Source of the DNA: Nemertoderma westbladi
Lineage: Eukaryota > Animalia > Xenacoelomorpha
Reading direction: 5' to 3'
Length of the DNA stretch: 64,000 bases
NCBI GenBank assembly: GCA_032718475.1
Contig: JAUCBJ010002525.1
Span: forward strand, 1 to 64,000
Every line of letters begins with the position of its first letter. The stretch's first letter is position 1. Below the pieces are notes generated by a model. The model did no database searches, had not been told where the DNA came from, and worked only from the letters and a program-made list of their open reading frames with translations. Shown here piece after piece: positions 37,144 through 50,190 of this stretch. The position numbers were made by a program, and so were the translations under genes.

Positions 37144-37858
37144 TCGAGCCCCAGTAGAGTTTGCGATATATGTTTAGTATGACACAGCTTCATTCAAAAT
37201 ATTAGCCATTGTATATTGGTCGCGCTTTTAGGCCTTTAACAGTTTAACCTGCTAATTTATATGTCTATTAATACCTGACAGCCCAATACAGATGAACTCA
37301 GCCGAAGCCAGTCTAGCGCAGCGAATGACCCACCGGAGGTGGGAGACTGGATTCGATAGCACAGAGAGCCGTAGGACACTTTGTATTATTCGATTGATCT
37401 TTACTATATAATCTCCAAAAACTATGCTTATTTTCAGTTAAATAGTAAAAGTTCCTTTTAGGTGCTGCGCTATAAATACTACGCAGAGATATGACTTATA
37501 GTAATACTAATTACAACGGGCGGGCATGAGATAACGCAAATGTTTACATCCTATAGTATTTATTGAACGTTCACACGCTAGCACGGACGGACAATCCCTG
37601 CAAACAGTGAACGTTAAACTAACGTTAGATTTGTGTCTAAGTTTCGTTAAAATTTAACATTGCCAAAACTAACAATAATCAAACGTTAATAACCGTTACA
37701 CTTTAGTTGAAAATCAACATTTAGTAATTGAACTATAACCATACGTTCAATCAACGTTATAGTTTAGTTAAAAAATAACGATTTAAAACTTAGTCTAATC
37801 AAACGTTACATTGCCGTTGATTTTCAACGTATCAACAATTTAAATATTTGAACGTTAA

Positions 37859-39294
37859 CCCTATTATCACTGGGGTGTTTTGACCATTAGCACCACTGGG
37901 GGGGGGGGGGGGGGGGCGATTCGGCCCACCCACTATATTTTTGTAGTCGTCCAATGAAATCCTACAAAATTTGGGCTGTTGGTGAAACAACTATAGATGA
38001 ACACAACCAAACCTTAAAAAGTTAAAATTTCATAAGCAGGGACTCATAATTTTGATGAAAAATAAAAGTAGTCCCAGGACAAAATTACAAAATTTTTCGT
38101 TTTCTAAAAACTAATAGTGTGGCAGTATTGGCTAGATTTAGTAGGTTTTTCAAGACGCTGAATCGAATGTGATTATATTCCACTTCCAAAAATTGAAGTG
38201 GATGCTATTTTTCGTGCACCTAAGAAGTGGGCGTGGCACTTCAAATTTTGAAAAATTAGATATTCAGAAAATGCCCCTAATTTTTTTATTTCAACGCATC
38301 TTTATGGGTTTTACAGACCGCTGAATCGATTGAAAGTAATATAGAAGCCTGAAGACTTAGAAGTTAGCCATTTTTTGAAATCAAAACTTTAGTGTTTTTT
38401 CCGAATAAAGTAATTTTGAAAATTTGAAGTGCCACGCCCTAATTTTGGTGCACCGAAAATTACGTACACAAAGGATTTGAGGCTTCTATATTACTTTCAA
38501 TCGATTCAGCGCTCCAGAAAACCTATAAAATTAATTTGAAATCAAAACTTTAGTGAATTTTCCGAATCTCGTATTTTTCAAAATTTGAAGTGCCACGCCC
38601 TAATTTTGGTGCACCAAAAATGGCGAACCACTAAGTCTTCAGGCTTCTATATTACTTTCAATCGATTCAGCGCTCCAGAAAACCTATAAAAATGCTTTGC
38701 AAATCAAAACTTTAGTGTATTTTCCGAATCTCGTATTTTTCAAAATTTGAAGTGCCACGCCCTAATTTTGGTGCACCAAAAATGGCGAACCACTAAGTCT
38801 TCAGGCTTCTATACTACTTTTAATCGATTCAGCGCTCCAGAAAACCAATAAAAATGCTTCGAAATCAGAACTTTAGTAAATTTTCCGAATAAAGTAATTT
38901 TGAAATTTTAAAGTGCCACGCCCTAAATTTGGTGCTCCAAAAATGACGTACCACTACACTTACATACTTGTATAGAGCATTAGAGTGATCCAAACCAATA
39001 AAAATAAATAAAAATAGCCCAAACATAAATAATTACTAAATCACGAATGACTTTGTAAAATTCGAAAATTTCAAAAAATTTGGTGCTGGAGACCAAATTT
39101 TGAGGTGGCACCCACATCGAAAAGTAGAAATCCAATTGCAACGGCGTTTTTTGCAAAATATGCGGCATTAAATTTGGCTAATTCTCACAAAAAATTGGGC
39201 CGGTACGTAATGTGGTTGCATAGTTACAGCAACTAAAAACTAGGAAGGGGCCGATTCCCCCCCCCCCCCCCCCCCCCCCCCAGTGGTAATAGGG
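37859..39294. mobile_element. piggyBac-type non-autonomous element (TTAA TSD)
   Basis: TTAA|CCCTATTATCACTGGGG ... CCCCAGTGGTAATAGGG|TTAA. Internal tandem repeats of about 170-180 bp (38400-38945) plus an inverted copy. Confidence 0.88.
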
Positions 39295-39427
39295 TTAAAT
39301 GAACGTTACACTTTAGTTGGGAATTCACAGAAAACATGTCATGTACTCCCTAAATTGTGATTGGATGAATAACGCGTACAATTTCTAATCTACTAAAATT
39401 AGCAGTGCATTCCCAGCAATAGACATC

Positions 39428-40085
39428 GTGGGGACTTCGCGCAGCACGTAGTCGGCAAGCCTTGGCATACGGTTCATATAGAGCAAATGGGGCATGTCTA
39501 GTTTGAACCCCATATCCCATGCTATAAATGTATTCATTCGATATACAATCATATGTTAATCCGCTAGGTGGTGTCAAATTGTTATTCTGCAATTTTGTAC
39601 TTACCAGTGCAGCACTGTACAGCAGTACCGTACCGGTAGGCCTATGAGTCTCTTCTGAGGCCTCTTCTGAGTGACCTTCTGAGTCTCTAGCGGATCCCCA
39701 ATTAAATGTCTTAACTTTTCAATTTCGTAAAAGATAGACTTCATGATTCTCTACAGGCCACCAAAATTTCAGCTCAGGAAAATGAGGCCTTCCCGAGAAA
39801 TTTAACATTTTCTAAAAACCACAAAATCTGTCGTAGCCTCGTAGCTGACGTCAGACTGCATGATTTTTCACCAAACTTTACAAACTTTCTAAACTTTCTC
39901 TCTACTACTTGCCTACTAAGTTTGGTTCAATTCCGAACCAGCGATGCCGAGAAATTCGCGTTCAAACATTTACCAGACAGACGGACGGACAGACAGACAG
40001 ACGGACAGACAGACAGACGGACATGCCCCATTTACCCTATATGAACCGTATGCCAAGGCTCGCCGACTACGTGTCTCGCCCCACA
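39428..40085 (+). mobile_element. DINE/Helentron-like non-autonomous element
   Basis: 5' motif gtggggacttcgcgcagcacg, (GACA/GACG)n microsatellite at about 39975-40022, and 3' ggctcgcc..ctcgccccaca motif. The end motifs recur at about 18704, 35116, 36306, 43729, 44405, 44561, 46136 and 56131. Confidence 0.55.
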
Positions 40086-40898
40086 TACATTATTGCTGCT
40101 GAAGTTTAATATTCAATAACAGCCAACAAACAGTTATAAGATATTTTTTACTTCATAGTGACAGGATTTTTATTTCTGAATAATATTGTTTCAACATTTT
40201 TCATGTATGATATTTCTTTATTTTTGCAAGAGTAGGGCTAAGTAATGGTGGTTTAATTCGGTGGTTTAATATATAACCAAATGAAATTGCTTGTAAATTT
40301 TCCATTGGGGTCTTCCCGCCAATATATCGCACCGTATATGTAGGCCTAGTTCATTTTTTAAAATATTGGCAAAAAATATTTTACTTCATATCTATCCAGC
40401 TCATACTGTAACTACAGTAACCAAGTTGCAATGGTTCCTCTGAGTTTGCATTGTATACCAGTATACGTCTAGACAGTGAGAAACCCCACACCCCAAAAGC
40501 AATCTATTGTTGATTCTTCTCAATGTAAGATGCTTTCTGAAGATTCTCCTGCTGGACCTCTGCCCCTCCTAAAAAGTCCCTGTAAAATCCCGGTTACATC
40601 AGATGCAATGAGGATCCTTATGTTCTCCACAGATTCACCCATAGTCTAAGGTTAAAAAACCTATAAGTTTCCAAGCTTAGAGTATTAGGCTTACTGTGAT
40701 AGCTTTAGGGTAGTTGTATTGAATAAACAAGGCAATGGCAGAGAGACTACCAGTATTCACTGGATCAAGTAAAAGAAGCAAGCGTCGGAGATTGACAAAG
40801 GAGTTACACAGTCTTTAGAATTCGAATCTGTATCTGATTATTTTGATTCCCCAGCTCCGTCTAATGTCGCTTCGAGTATTTCTAATCAAAACTTATGC

Positions 40899-41810
40899 AT
40901 GGATTTGCCAATAACGCAATCTTCTCATGAACATGCTCAATATCAACGCGATAGTGGTGATGCTCTTATTACAAATTGTGATCAACCCCAATCTATCAGT
41001 GATTCGGAATCTGATCTTTCTGTCCTTTTGGTGGATGATCAGGCGAAAGAGGTATTTTGTAATCTTGAGCCAGATTCATATGAAGACGAAGCTGGACTTT
41101 GTTCAATTGAGGATATTGAACCCCCAAACACTTCATTTAAACGAATTAAATTCGTTTAAATGAAGTCCAAGTTATCAAATGCTGTTGCGCAAATGTTTTC
41201 TAAGACTGGGCGTCGGAGCACGAAAGAATCCTTTGAAGATTCGTATCCCCGTGTGTTGGCCTGTTTTAAACGTAAGAAAATTTTACTCATAATATATTAA
41301 TATGATTAATTAATACTCATATTAATATTATTATAATATAATATTATAATATTAATAATTGCAGAAAAAAATGCAGTTACAAACTCGTGTTTCAGTGTCG
41401 TTTGTTTAGATTTTCTGTTTTGGGAAAGAAACAGGTTACTCAAGGATAGGATAAAATTCTATACGAAACAATTTATCGTGATACGTCCAGAATGTGATTT
41501 TGAGTAAAGCTCACATATTGTTGTTATACAGTAAGCATTTTTAATGTGCTAATTTATTCAATTGAAAATTATAAGAAATTAGTAGATTTTTTAACAATAC
41601 ATTAAAATTTGATATACGATACGAATTACGAAAATAAATGTCGCATCGAATCATTATATCCTGTTTAGAGAGCGACAAATGTTATAATCATTTTACTGGC
41701 TCATAGGTGCGCTGCTGAAAGATGGACGATTCCAGGAAACGGCTGTAGATGGGGCGATTTCTATATTTTTCAGGCAGGCGCCTAATAGATACGGAGGAGC
41801 TAACTATTAA
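40899..41810 (+). pseudogene. Spliced DUF4806/BEN-like transposon accessory gene remnant
   Basis: ORF 40899-41159 continues in frame across one TAA into MKSKLSNAVAQMFSKTGRRSTKESF...ACFK. A GT-AG intron at 41272-41706 joins it in phase to ALLKDGRFQETAVDGAISIFFRQAPNRYGGANY*. Confidence 0.6.
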
Positions 41811-42293
41811 GTCAACTTCTATGTCACTTCAGCTTCTAAAATTGTATTAATTGAATATTATATTGTTTTGAGTGTCCGTATACTGAAATATAACATAAGA
41901 AAGGATTTTAGGCTACTTAGCTACTTAGCTACTCTAGAGCTACTTAGGCCTACTGTATATTTCCCCACATACTGTACTGCGCGTTATATAATTTTTCGAA
42001 TTAGTAAGATATCGCAATTACGATAGCTTTAAATAAGGTAGCTTTAATTTTAATTCCAACTGAGAAAAATTAGTAAAATGATATTATATACGGAGTAAAA
42101 TACTACATTGTGTTGTGAAAACTGAACCGTAGATACGAATTTCTACTGAACTAAGCGGGTTCAAATTTGGAGTTCACAAAGGATTATTAAATAAATTTAC
42201 TATACCCTCATTGTAAAATTGTAAATTTAGTAAGTTAAATTAAAGTAAGTTAAAGTTAGTAAGTAAGTTAAATTTTAATTTATTGTAAATTGA

Positions 42294-42733
42294 GGCATGG
42301 GTAGCCTTGAATAGGCTTTCCAGGATTTGGAAGTCACCGAGAATTAATCGGAAACTTAAGGTCCGATTATTTAGAGCAGCAGTAGTTCCAGTACTCCTCT
42401 ATGGGAGTCCATGCTGGGCTTTAACTGATGAGGACACCAAATCTTTGGATGGCACATTCACAAGAATGTTACGCCGGGTTCATTGTGTCAAGTACAATGC
42501 ACACATCTCCAAGCAGACACTATATAACATTGGAGATGTCCCATTGGTTCCCCCAAGCGTGACACTAGAACAAAATTGCCTCCGCTTTGCAGGACATTGC
42601 TTTCGCCGTGAGGACCAGCCAGTGCATAATCTTGTACTTTGGCAGCCTCATTGAGTGAAAAAGCATGGTGGACAGCCCATGACTTTCTTGGGACGCATCT
42701 TAAAGGACATTGGCCTTGAAGATGCGGATGATC
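42294..42733 (+). mobile_element. RTE-clade LINE fragment
   Basis: KVRLFRAAVVPVLLYGSPCW...FAGHCFRREDQPV; paralogous to 32019-32784. Confidence 0.88.
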
Positions 42734-45700
42734 AGTAACAGTAAATAATACAGTAACAGTAAATATCTAAATATTGTTAAAAACAATTTTTGCACAATAA
42801 ACAAACTTCGAGAGGGGGGCGGGGTGGGTGTTTTGCCTGTCATGCCCCCTCTACACAACATTGTTCACTCCTTGGTGGAAATAAAGGAGGAAGGAGGAGT
42901 TGAAGAATGTCCAAGGAACTTTAAAAATAATGGAATTGATTCAAGGAGAGACTCTTCAGTCAGAGTTCCTGTTCCCCGACCAGCCAGTAGTCTTCTCCTG
43001 AGGATTTAGCCAAATGGGAAAAGGCCCTAAAGGAGAATAATGCACTGGCAAAGTATACAGTAAGGTGAGAATGATAATGGCATCTTTATCCTTTTATCCT
43101 ATATGGGAAGTCGAATTTGACATTAAATTATTTAACAAATTGTGTAAAACAGAATCAGGAATTGTTGAAGATTACTACCTTCGGGTAGTGGCTATCGAAA
43201 GAAGAGCCTTCGGATCGCTTCCGGCTTCAGCCGACTGTTTGCTTTGCTCGATACGTTCTCGAAACGTATTCTTTTGATTTCTTATTATTTGTTCTAGATC
43301 AGTAATTAATCATTTTTATTAATGTGTTTATATATTTTAGCATTAAAATGTTAGTAAGCTAAAATGTTAGTAAGCGAGGAGTTTTTTCTAATCTTTGTAG
43401 ATTGACGAATTCTCCAACTTCTCACAATCACTATCGGCTGCGAGTTTTGCCATCTGTGCACGATGGATGGAAACACATTCGCCGAGAAATATGCAAAAAC
43501 CGCTAGACATGCCATCGGGAAAATTAATCGTTCTAAGATGTATTAAAGGTTAGACAATTTTTCATATTATTTGTTACATACTGATATGGAATTGTTACAG
43601 TATAATACGCCAGTACACATATTGTTACAGTACATATAGGCTACGCCGGTACACATACAGTACATTGACGCTAATGCAAGTTGGCATATGACATTTATTT
43701 ATTTATTTCTAACATTTATTGACTCATTGTGGGGCCTTCGCTCAGCACGAAAGTCTATAAGAAAGTTACTAATCTCTATTAGATAAACGGAAACCGTCAT
43801 TTCCAAGATATCAATCAGTGATGCATAAACTGGTTGTAAAAAGCAGAGGTCCATTTCAGTTTAGCCTTACACGCTTTTTAACTATTTAACTTGACTTGAG
43901 TATTTAACCTGCCTTAACACGATTTATAGAAGATGGATACTTGTATCCACTACAAAACTTGTTGCGTTCGTCCTATACAACCTGGTCACCAAATATATGC
44001 CTTAAAACATTCCTTTGGCAATATTGGATAAAGTGTCAACCGTCTAATATGCTAAACCAGGTTGTTTACGAGTTATATTTAAAACTCTCGTCTTCATTAC
44101 AACCCTCGTTGCACTCGTCCTGTACATCTGATCACCAAATAACTAGCATAAGACATTCCACCACCGGTGCTATCAAATTGACATATCGTCCAATATTCTG
44201 TACTAAAGCTTGCAAGTATAGTCAACATAATGCTAGTCTCTTCATTAGCTCATCCTGAAGGCCCCACGCAAATTCTAATTGGAAAATTTATAAACTTTTA
44301 CCAAACAACATGTGTACTAAGTTTGATTAGATTTCATCGAGAATTAGCCGAGTTATTCACATTTCAAAACACGGACCTACAGATCTAGAGAACACTTACT
44401 TTCATGGCTCGCCCCGCATTCACGCAGTAGGATAATTTGAACATAGTATTATTGTGTTTCATTTTATGTAAAGAAAGTAAAGTAAATAACTTTATTCTGT
44501 ACCCTAGGAAGAACTGCTATAGTTTGAAGCTCGTAACATAATAACCTAACAAAACACGTCCGCGGGGCCTTCGCGCAGCACGAGGCTCAGTTAGAGATAC
44601 AAATTTAAATTAATTTTCAATTAAATTTCTTCTAGCTTTCTCACTGAACACTAGGCCTATGGTGTTGACGCGAAGATAGAGAAAGTGATTACAAACTATT
44701 TTGTTCAAGTTGCGCGGCGCGCTGGTGGATCTAAGCACATGTAAGTATAATTATATTATAATGCATAGACCTCAAAATTTAATTAAATATTATAATTTAA
44801 TGCAATGGTGCGATTATGGGTATATAAAGAAAGATTAGTTTTGTATTAGATAAATAATAGTGGTGAGGATTTGTGTGTTAAATATTATGCATGTGGGTGG
44901 GTTGGTTTAGGTTTGAGGATTTATAACATAATTTTCTTAACTTATATCATGGAATACCGTTTCGCTGTCAACTTAATATTACGGTAATCTTAATAATGTA
45001 ATCAATGAAATCTTAATTAATGTAATCTTAATTACTTTACAGTGCTAGAAAAGTTGGAGGAGCCGAGGAGTGTATCGCAATCGAAAAGATAGAAAACGAA
45101 ATCGAGACTGGAATTGAGACTTTTGATTGGACTTATAAGAACTTTATACCGTAGGGCATGATTGGACTTATAAGAACTTTATACCGTAGGACATGTGCAT
45201 AAAATAGGTCAACCTTTATTTATATTTATATCAAATTTTAATTGTTTGTTTCTTGCAATATCTTTTCAATTAATAATAAAATTGTAATAGATTGTCCTAT
45301 TAGGTATCGGAAAGTTCTGTGTTTTTATACCTACGAGATTAGCACTACATTGGGGATTAACCAGACATTATTGTAAATTACTGTTGTTGGATATATTTAT
45401 TTACTCTAAGATAATAAGATAAAAGCATTGCGTCTTGGGTTGGTGGGTTTCATTTCCATATTTTCAACGGGTGTACACATACTAACATTATTATTCACAT
45501 TATGATTATAATATTAATTAATAGCGTTTTTACCCATTGTTATTCTGTAATATTATAAAACAAACCGCACCAATTTTGTTCAGGCGTAATAAGTTTTTGC
45601 ATTTATAGAAATAACATTGTTTATATGGAAACTCTATGTAAGCCTATTACAAGATAATACCAACATGCATTTAATAACATTAAAATCATAATGTTTTAGT

Positions 45701-46582
45701 ATTGATGTACTAATGTTAGAATAATAATGAGAAAATAGTGAGAAAAAAATCAGGAATGCTATGAGAATGCTATGAAATAATTCCAATATTAGCTTAATGT
45801 TTGAATAACATTAGAATGTTAAGGGTGGGAAATTTACAAACTATTCGAATTCCAATGTTAAAATAACACTGATTAATATTGGTTACCAAATACTGCCAAA
45901 AGTGCACTTGTATTGCACAGGGTCCGAGCGCTTTGCCAAAAAAATATTAAAACTGGCATTAGTTTAACATTTGAATTTTAATATTTTATTATATGAATAA
46001 AGATGTTAATAAACATTATTTTAATGTTGCTATGGTTTGCAGGGTAGGCGTATACTTCAAACTCCGTATATTAATGTTATCATAAACAATTTGAATATAC
46101 TTATCTCTATATATACTACACGGCAATCTTATGTTGTGGGGCGAGCCACGAAATTTAGCGAGCTTAGCATATACCCATAGGGTAATCCACTAATACCTAT
46201 ACATAGCATAACCACTATTTTAAGTACTTGTGTGTCGGTCTGCCGTGTCTAATCATTGAAAGCTTACTTATCAGGAACTCTGCACATTATTGAACTAAAC
46301 TTTGTATGACTGATCTATGAATAAAGTTTAGAAAGTTTACATACAGACAGACTTCTACAGTTCCCCTGTCGGCCGGCCGCTAGGAGGCTACGTGACTAAA
46401 GTACAAATGTCCTCTGTTAACATTGCTTTTAATCGTTCAAGCTGAAAATTTGACAGATACAGTATGTACTACTGTAGACCATCAACTGTGCCAAATCCGC
46501 CTGCATTTCTCTATTCTGCTGCTAGAATTCGAAATTTCTAATAGCTGCGCGAAGGTCCCACAACGTCCGTTATATGATTCAG

Positions 46583-46848
46583 CTTTGCAGGACATTGCTT
46601 TCGCCGTGAGGACCAACCAGTGCATAATCTTGTACTTTGGCAGCCTCATGGAGTGAATAAGCATGGTGGACAGCCCATGACTTTCTTGAGACGCATCTTA
46701 AAGGACACTGGCCTTAAAGATGCGGATGATCTAGCAAATGTCATGGGTGATAGGGAGTTGTGGCGGTGCAATTTTGTTGACAAGCCGGCACAGCATTCTT
46801 AAAAATGCAGCTGCAATGCAGCATGCCGATCCTAGTAGTAGTAGTAGT
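46583..46848 (+). mobile_element. RTE LINE 3' end with (TAG)n tail
   Basis: Near-identical to 42585-42733 and 55145-55357. Ends in ctagtagtagtagtag. Confidence 0.85.
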
Positions 46849-47144
46849 TATATGATAAGACATGAACTAAGTACAGTAAGCTATTTTTAAAAGTATAAAC
46901 TACTTAATTACACCATCACCTAGAAAATAGTAAATTTATTTTATTCCGGTAGCTGCCCCCTCCCTTTTTTTTACAAATCTGATGAGATTGCATGGAATTT
47001 GAAATGGAGATAGTTTCACCTCTGTGCCGTGTGGGGGGGGGGGGGGGGGGCAGGTAACCAGAATAAAGACACTGCATTCCAGGACATGGTCTAAGCCTAC
47101 TTAATTCAGAATATTGCTTTACTATTAATTGCTTGAACTGGTTT

Positions 47145-47409
47145 AAAACTGGACGCAATAAAAATTCACCCCTCTCCAGGGGAAACTCGACGCAAATAAT
47201 AGCTGATTACTCTCAAAGATAAAACTGTAACCTGTTCTATTGTGTTTAGTTTATTGTTTTGGTTAAAATAACGTGCCACTGTAACCTGTCTATATGAAAT
47301 ATACTGATAAAATATACTGTTCCTTTCACTAAATTGAGAATTTAACATTGAGGCGGGATATTAATTATTAATTCGCCAAGGCGCGTTTTGCGTCCAGTTT
47401 CCCACCCTG
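47145..47409. mobile_element. MITE-like dispersed repeat
   Basis: Inverted aaactggacgcaa / ttgcgtccagttt. A related copy lies at about 63060-63240. Confidence 0.55.
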
Positions 47410-48972
47410 TCTCGGTTTATTATGTACTAACAAATTATAATATCTTAATTATATACATTATACATTTATGATTAATACGTTAATATTATGTTCCAATTCA
47501 AGTTTTGGATTATACATTAACAACAACGATATTTTATATTTGTATGAATAAACTACACCCCTAGTTAGTTCATACAGTAGTTTAGTTTAAATTAACGTTT
47601 GAACTGCGGCCAAACCAACGATAATTCAACAGTATGCAACGTTTAAAAATAACGTTCATTTGTTAAAAAGTGAGCGTTGTATAACGTTACATGAACGTTA
47701 AATTGTTTGCAGGGATAGTACTGAAACATGCTAATTTTCCAACAGTCACCAATTTTACTCGCATATAGGGAGAACTTAACTCACGTACGTTGGGGACTAT
47801 GAAACAGCATAAACTCATACAAACCACTGTTATTTGAACTAAGCAATTGTGAATAGTATACCCCTCCGCTTACCTCAATAAATCATGAAAACCAAGAGAT
47901 CTACCGGTTATTCGCAAGTATTCTCCAACTACTGTATTAACATTACTCCATATGTTACAAATTACAACAGATTATAACAGCATAAATCAGTATAAAAATG
48001 CGGTGTTGCAGCAATATCAGACAGTCAGGACGTGTTGCAGTGAGTAGCGAGTCTGCACGTGCGGTACTGTGGTGTCAACGTGTGTAGACGTTATGCAAAC
48101 GTGTCAACGTTGTAATCGATTTGCGTTCTGTATCTCTCTAGCCACTGGTGTCTCTGGGCACAGAGTCAGGAAGTGTATAAACACTCACACTGAGGGGCTG
48201 CAAGAATATTCTTGCCTCAAGTAGTCCACAAAGCTTGAATCACATCGAACGCTGTAGAACGTATGGAATCTACAAGAACTTCCAATCAGGGACCAGTATC
48301 CATGCCATCAACCCGTAACCAATGGATCCAGTAATTCAGGCTATGGGGTGACGTAGGAGGGAAAGTATACTGATTGAACGGTGACTAACAGAGAAGGGTG
48401 TAAACTTTTTTTTGGGATAGGTAGGTGGTAGCTAATCATCAATTTATTATTCCATTACTAAATTATAAAATCAGGCGAAGCACAAATTAATTAAGTAGAA
48501 TAATTAAGATTGAAGCACAGGTTAACAATAAATATTTACAATAAAGAAACAGATATGTAATCAGTACATATCTGGGTCAACACCCCGAATCCCCGCCCCA
48601 TCCCCAAACCCGAAGCCCCGCCACGGCCTCCTACCACCCCGGAGGAAAGTGTAAACAGAAGGGTGTAAACAAAGAGAATAGTATCCAATGGCTGGTGATT
48701 TCGTAATCTGAGCATTTGGGTTTCTGTAGCAATGTACGGGAAAGTGTTGTACTTAGAGTAAACGCTAGAGGGAGTAAGTTTACATTAGTTCATAAAGATA
48801 CAAAGTTCTTAAAGAGTTTTTAAGGGTTTAGAGTAACCAGCGCATTGTGTAAAAATAGGGACACTTTGGCTGCATAAGCTTAAACACCACTCCCAGAAAA
48901 TGGGACTTAAGTCTATAAAATGAAGGTCTGCGCTATCCCAAGCTCGTATGTATCGCAATACAATCAACTCAT

Positions 48973-49674
48973 TTACGCTCTCCATGTCGTGGTTAAAAGG
49001 GCAATCCCAACTAGCGTTATAAAGTACCTCGATGTCGGGGCCAAAGGGGCAGTTTGCTTAAGTTGGCAATGCGCGCACAGGGTGGCAAAGACCAAACAGG
49101 AGAAGAAGATGTGATCGTCGTTAATACGGCAGTTGGGACAGTGAAGTTTGATACGACTATCGGTGAGGCGCTCACAAAGAACTCCAGGTTGGGTGGGAGC
49201 CTTGTGTGTGGGAAGACCACAATGCGCACAACAGACATGTTTGCGAAATAACGCATAACGGAAACCTCGAACTGTGAGCCGCTCGGTACCGCGATACCAG
49301 TCAATCAAGGCGGACTCGTTGTCGGGGGTGAGCACGACAGTGGTGGCTACTGAGGTCGCTTCTAGGTGGATTGGTTCCTCCGCTTGGTCGGGGACGTCCA
49401 TAACATCAGTCTGTATTTGTCCAACCGAGAAACCAGGTTTGATAATGGGTCTCTCGATCACTGATTGATGGAGATTGGAAATACATTCGTCTCTGAATAT
49501 GGCAAAGCCACCGCTGGCTAGCTCATCCACTACGGAGCGACGTAGCTCTCGCTGAGACAGTAACTTCACGCGAAACTGACTGTCAATGTTGGCAAAGGGA
49601 GTTAGGAAACGCTGAAAGCATTCGAAGTTCAGGAATTTACCAAGTTCATCGAGTTTGGCAAGTTGTGTTCCCAA
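48973..49674 (-). CDS. Hypothetical Cys-rich protein (three CxxC motifs)
   Basis: 233-codon open frame with CAHC, CPNC and CAHC motifs. No ATG at the annotated start. No family recognised. Confidence 0.4.
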   Translation of the reverse strand: MGTQLAKLDELGKFLNFECFQRFLTPFANIDSQFRVKLLSQRELRRSVVDELASGGFAIFRDECISNLHQSVIERPIIKPGFSVGQIQTDVMDVPDQAEEPIHLEATSVATTVVLTPDNESALIDWYRGTERLTVRGFRYALFRKHVCCAHCGLPTHKAPTQPGVLCERLTDSRIKLHCPNCRINDDHIFFSCLVFATLCAHCQLKQTAPLAPTSRYFITLVGIALLTTTWRA

Positions 49675-49797
49675 CTACAATGAGTGCGCTCTCAGTGTAC
49701 AGCTACAGACATCCGCAAGCCATCCTGATAACGCTTGGTTTTTTTTTCGAATAAGAGGTATATCGCTAACGAGGGGCGCAAAGGGACGCTCATGTAG

Positions 49798-50190
49798 CTA
49801 TATACGTACAGCGCCAGGGGCGGTGAGTGATCCTTGAAAGTAATAAGGCGAATATGAATCACCATAGACCTTGGAATACGTCTCGCGATCGGTCTCTTTG
49901 AAGTTCCAACCATACTCTTGAAACACGATGTGGCCAGAGGTCAACTCTGCTATATGTATCGTTAGCGTTTCATCCATGTCCAATAAATCGTATCCTCCAT
50001 ACGTGAAACGCATATAACTATGTTTAGGGCAACGTTCACGGGGGTGATTAACCGGTTGGCACCATCGTGCATGGTCATCATGGTTTACTTGTTGGTTAGG
50101 GTGTGGACAGTCGTCACAGTAATACCATAATTTAAAGTCCTGACGACTTACGTGCGGAGGTCGGGAACCAGTTTTACAATACTCCTCCAT
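49798..50190 (-). CDS. Hypothetical protein with Cys/His-rich N-terminus
   Basis: ATG in gccATGG context; CDDC..H..H..C..H..C. May continue by frameshift into 49913-49692. Confidence 0.35.
   Translation of the reverse strand: MEEYCKTGSRPPHVSRQDFKLWYYCDDCPHPNQQVNHDDHARWCQPVNHPRERCPKHSYMRFTYGGYDLLDMDETLTIHIAELTSGHIVFQEYGWNFKETDRETYSKVYGDSYSPYYFQGSLTAPGAVRI

Larger units (their letters stand above)
37596..47714. mobile_element. Decayed EnSpm/CMC-like composite DNA transposon, about 10 kb
   Basis: TIR CCCTGCAAACA / TGTTTGCAGGG, with AT dinucleotide on both sides (2-bp TSD). Dense AACGTT subterminal repeats at both ends. Carries a spliced accessory gene remnant. Confidence 0.65.

Noticed and set aside
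38345-42440. Other CTGANGA matches (about 38350, 40537, 42425) as hammerheads
   Set aside because: There is no correctly spaced GAAA and UH with supporting stems.
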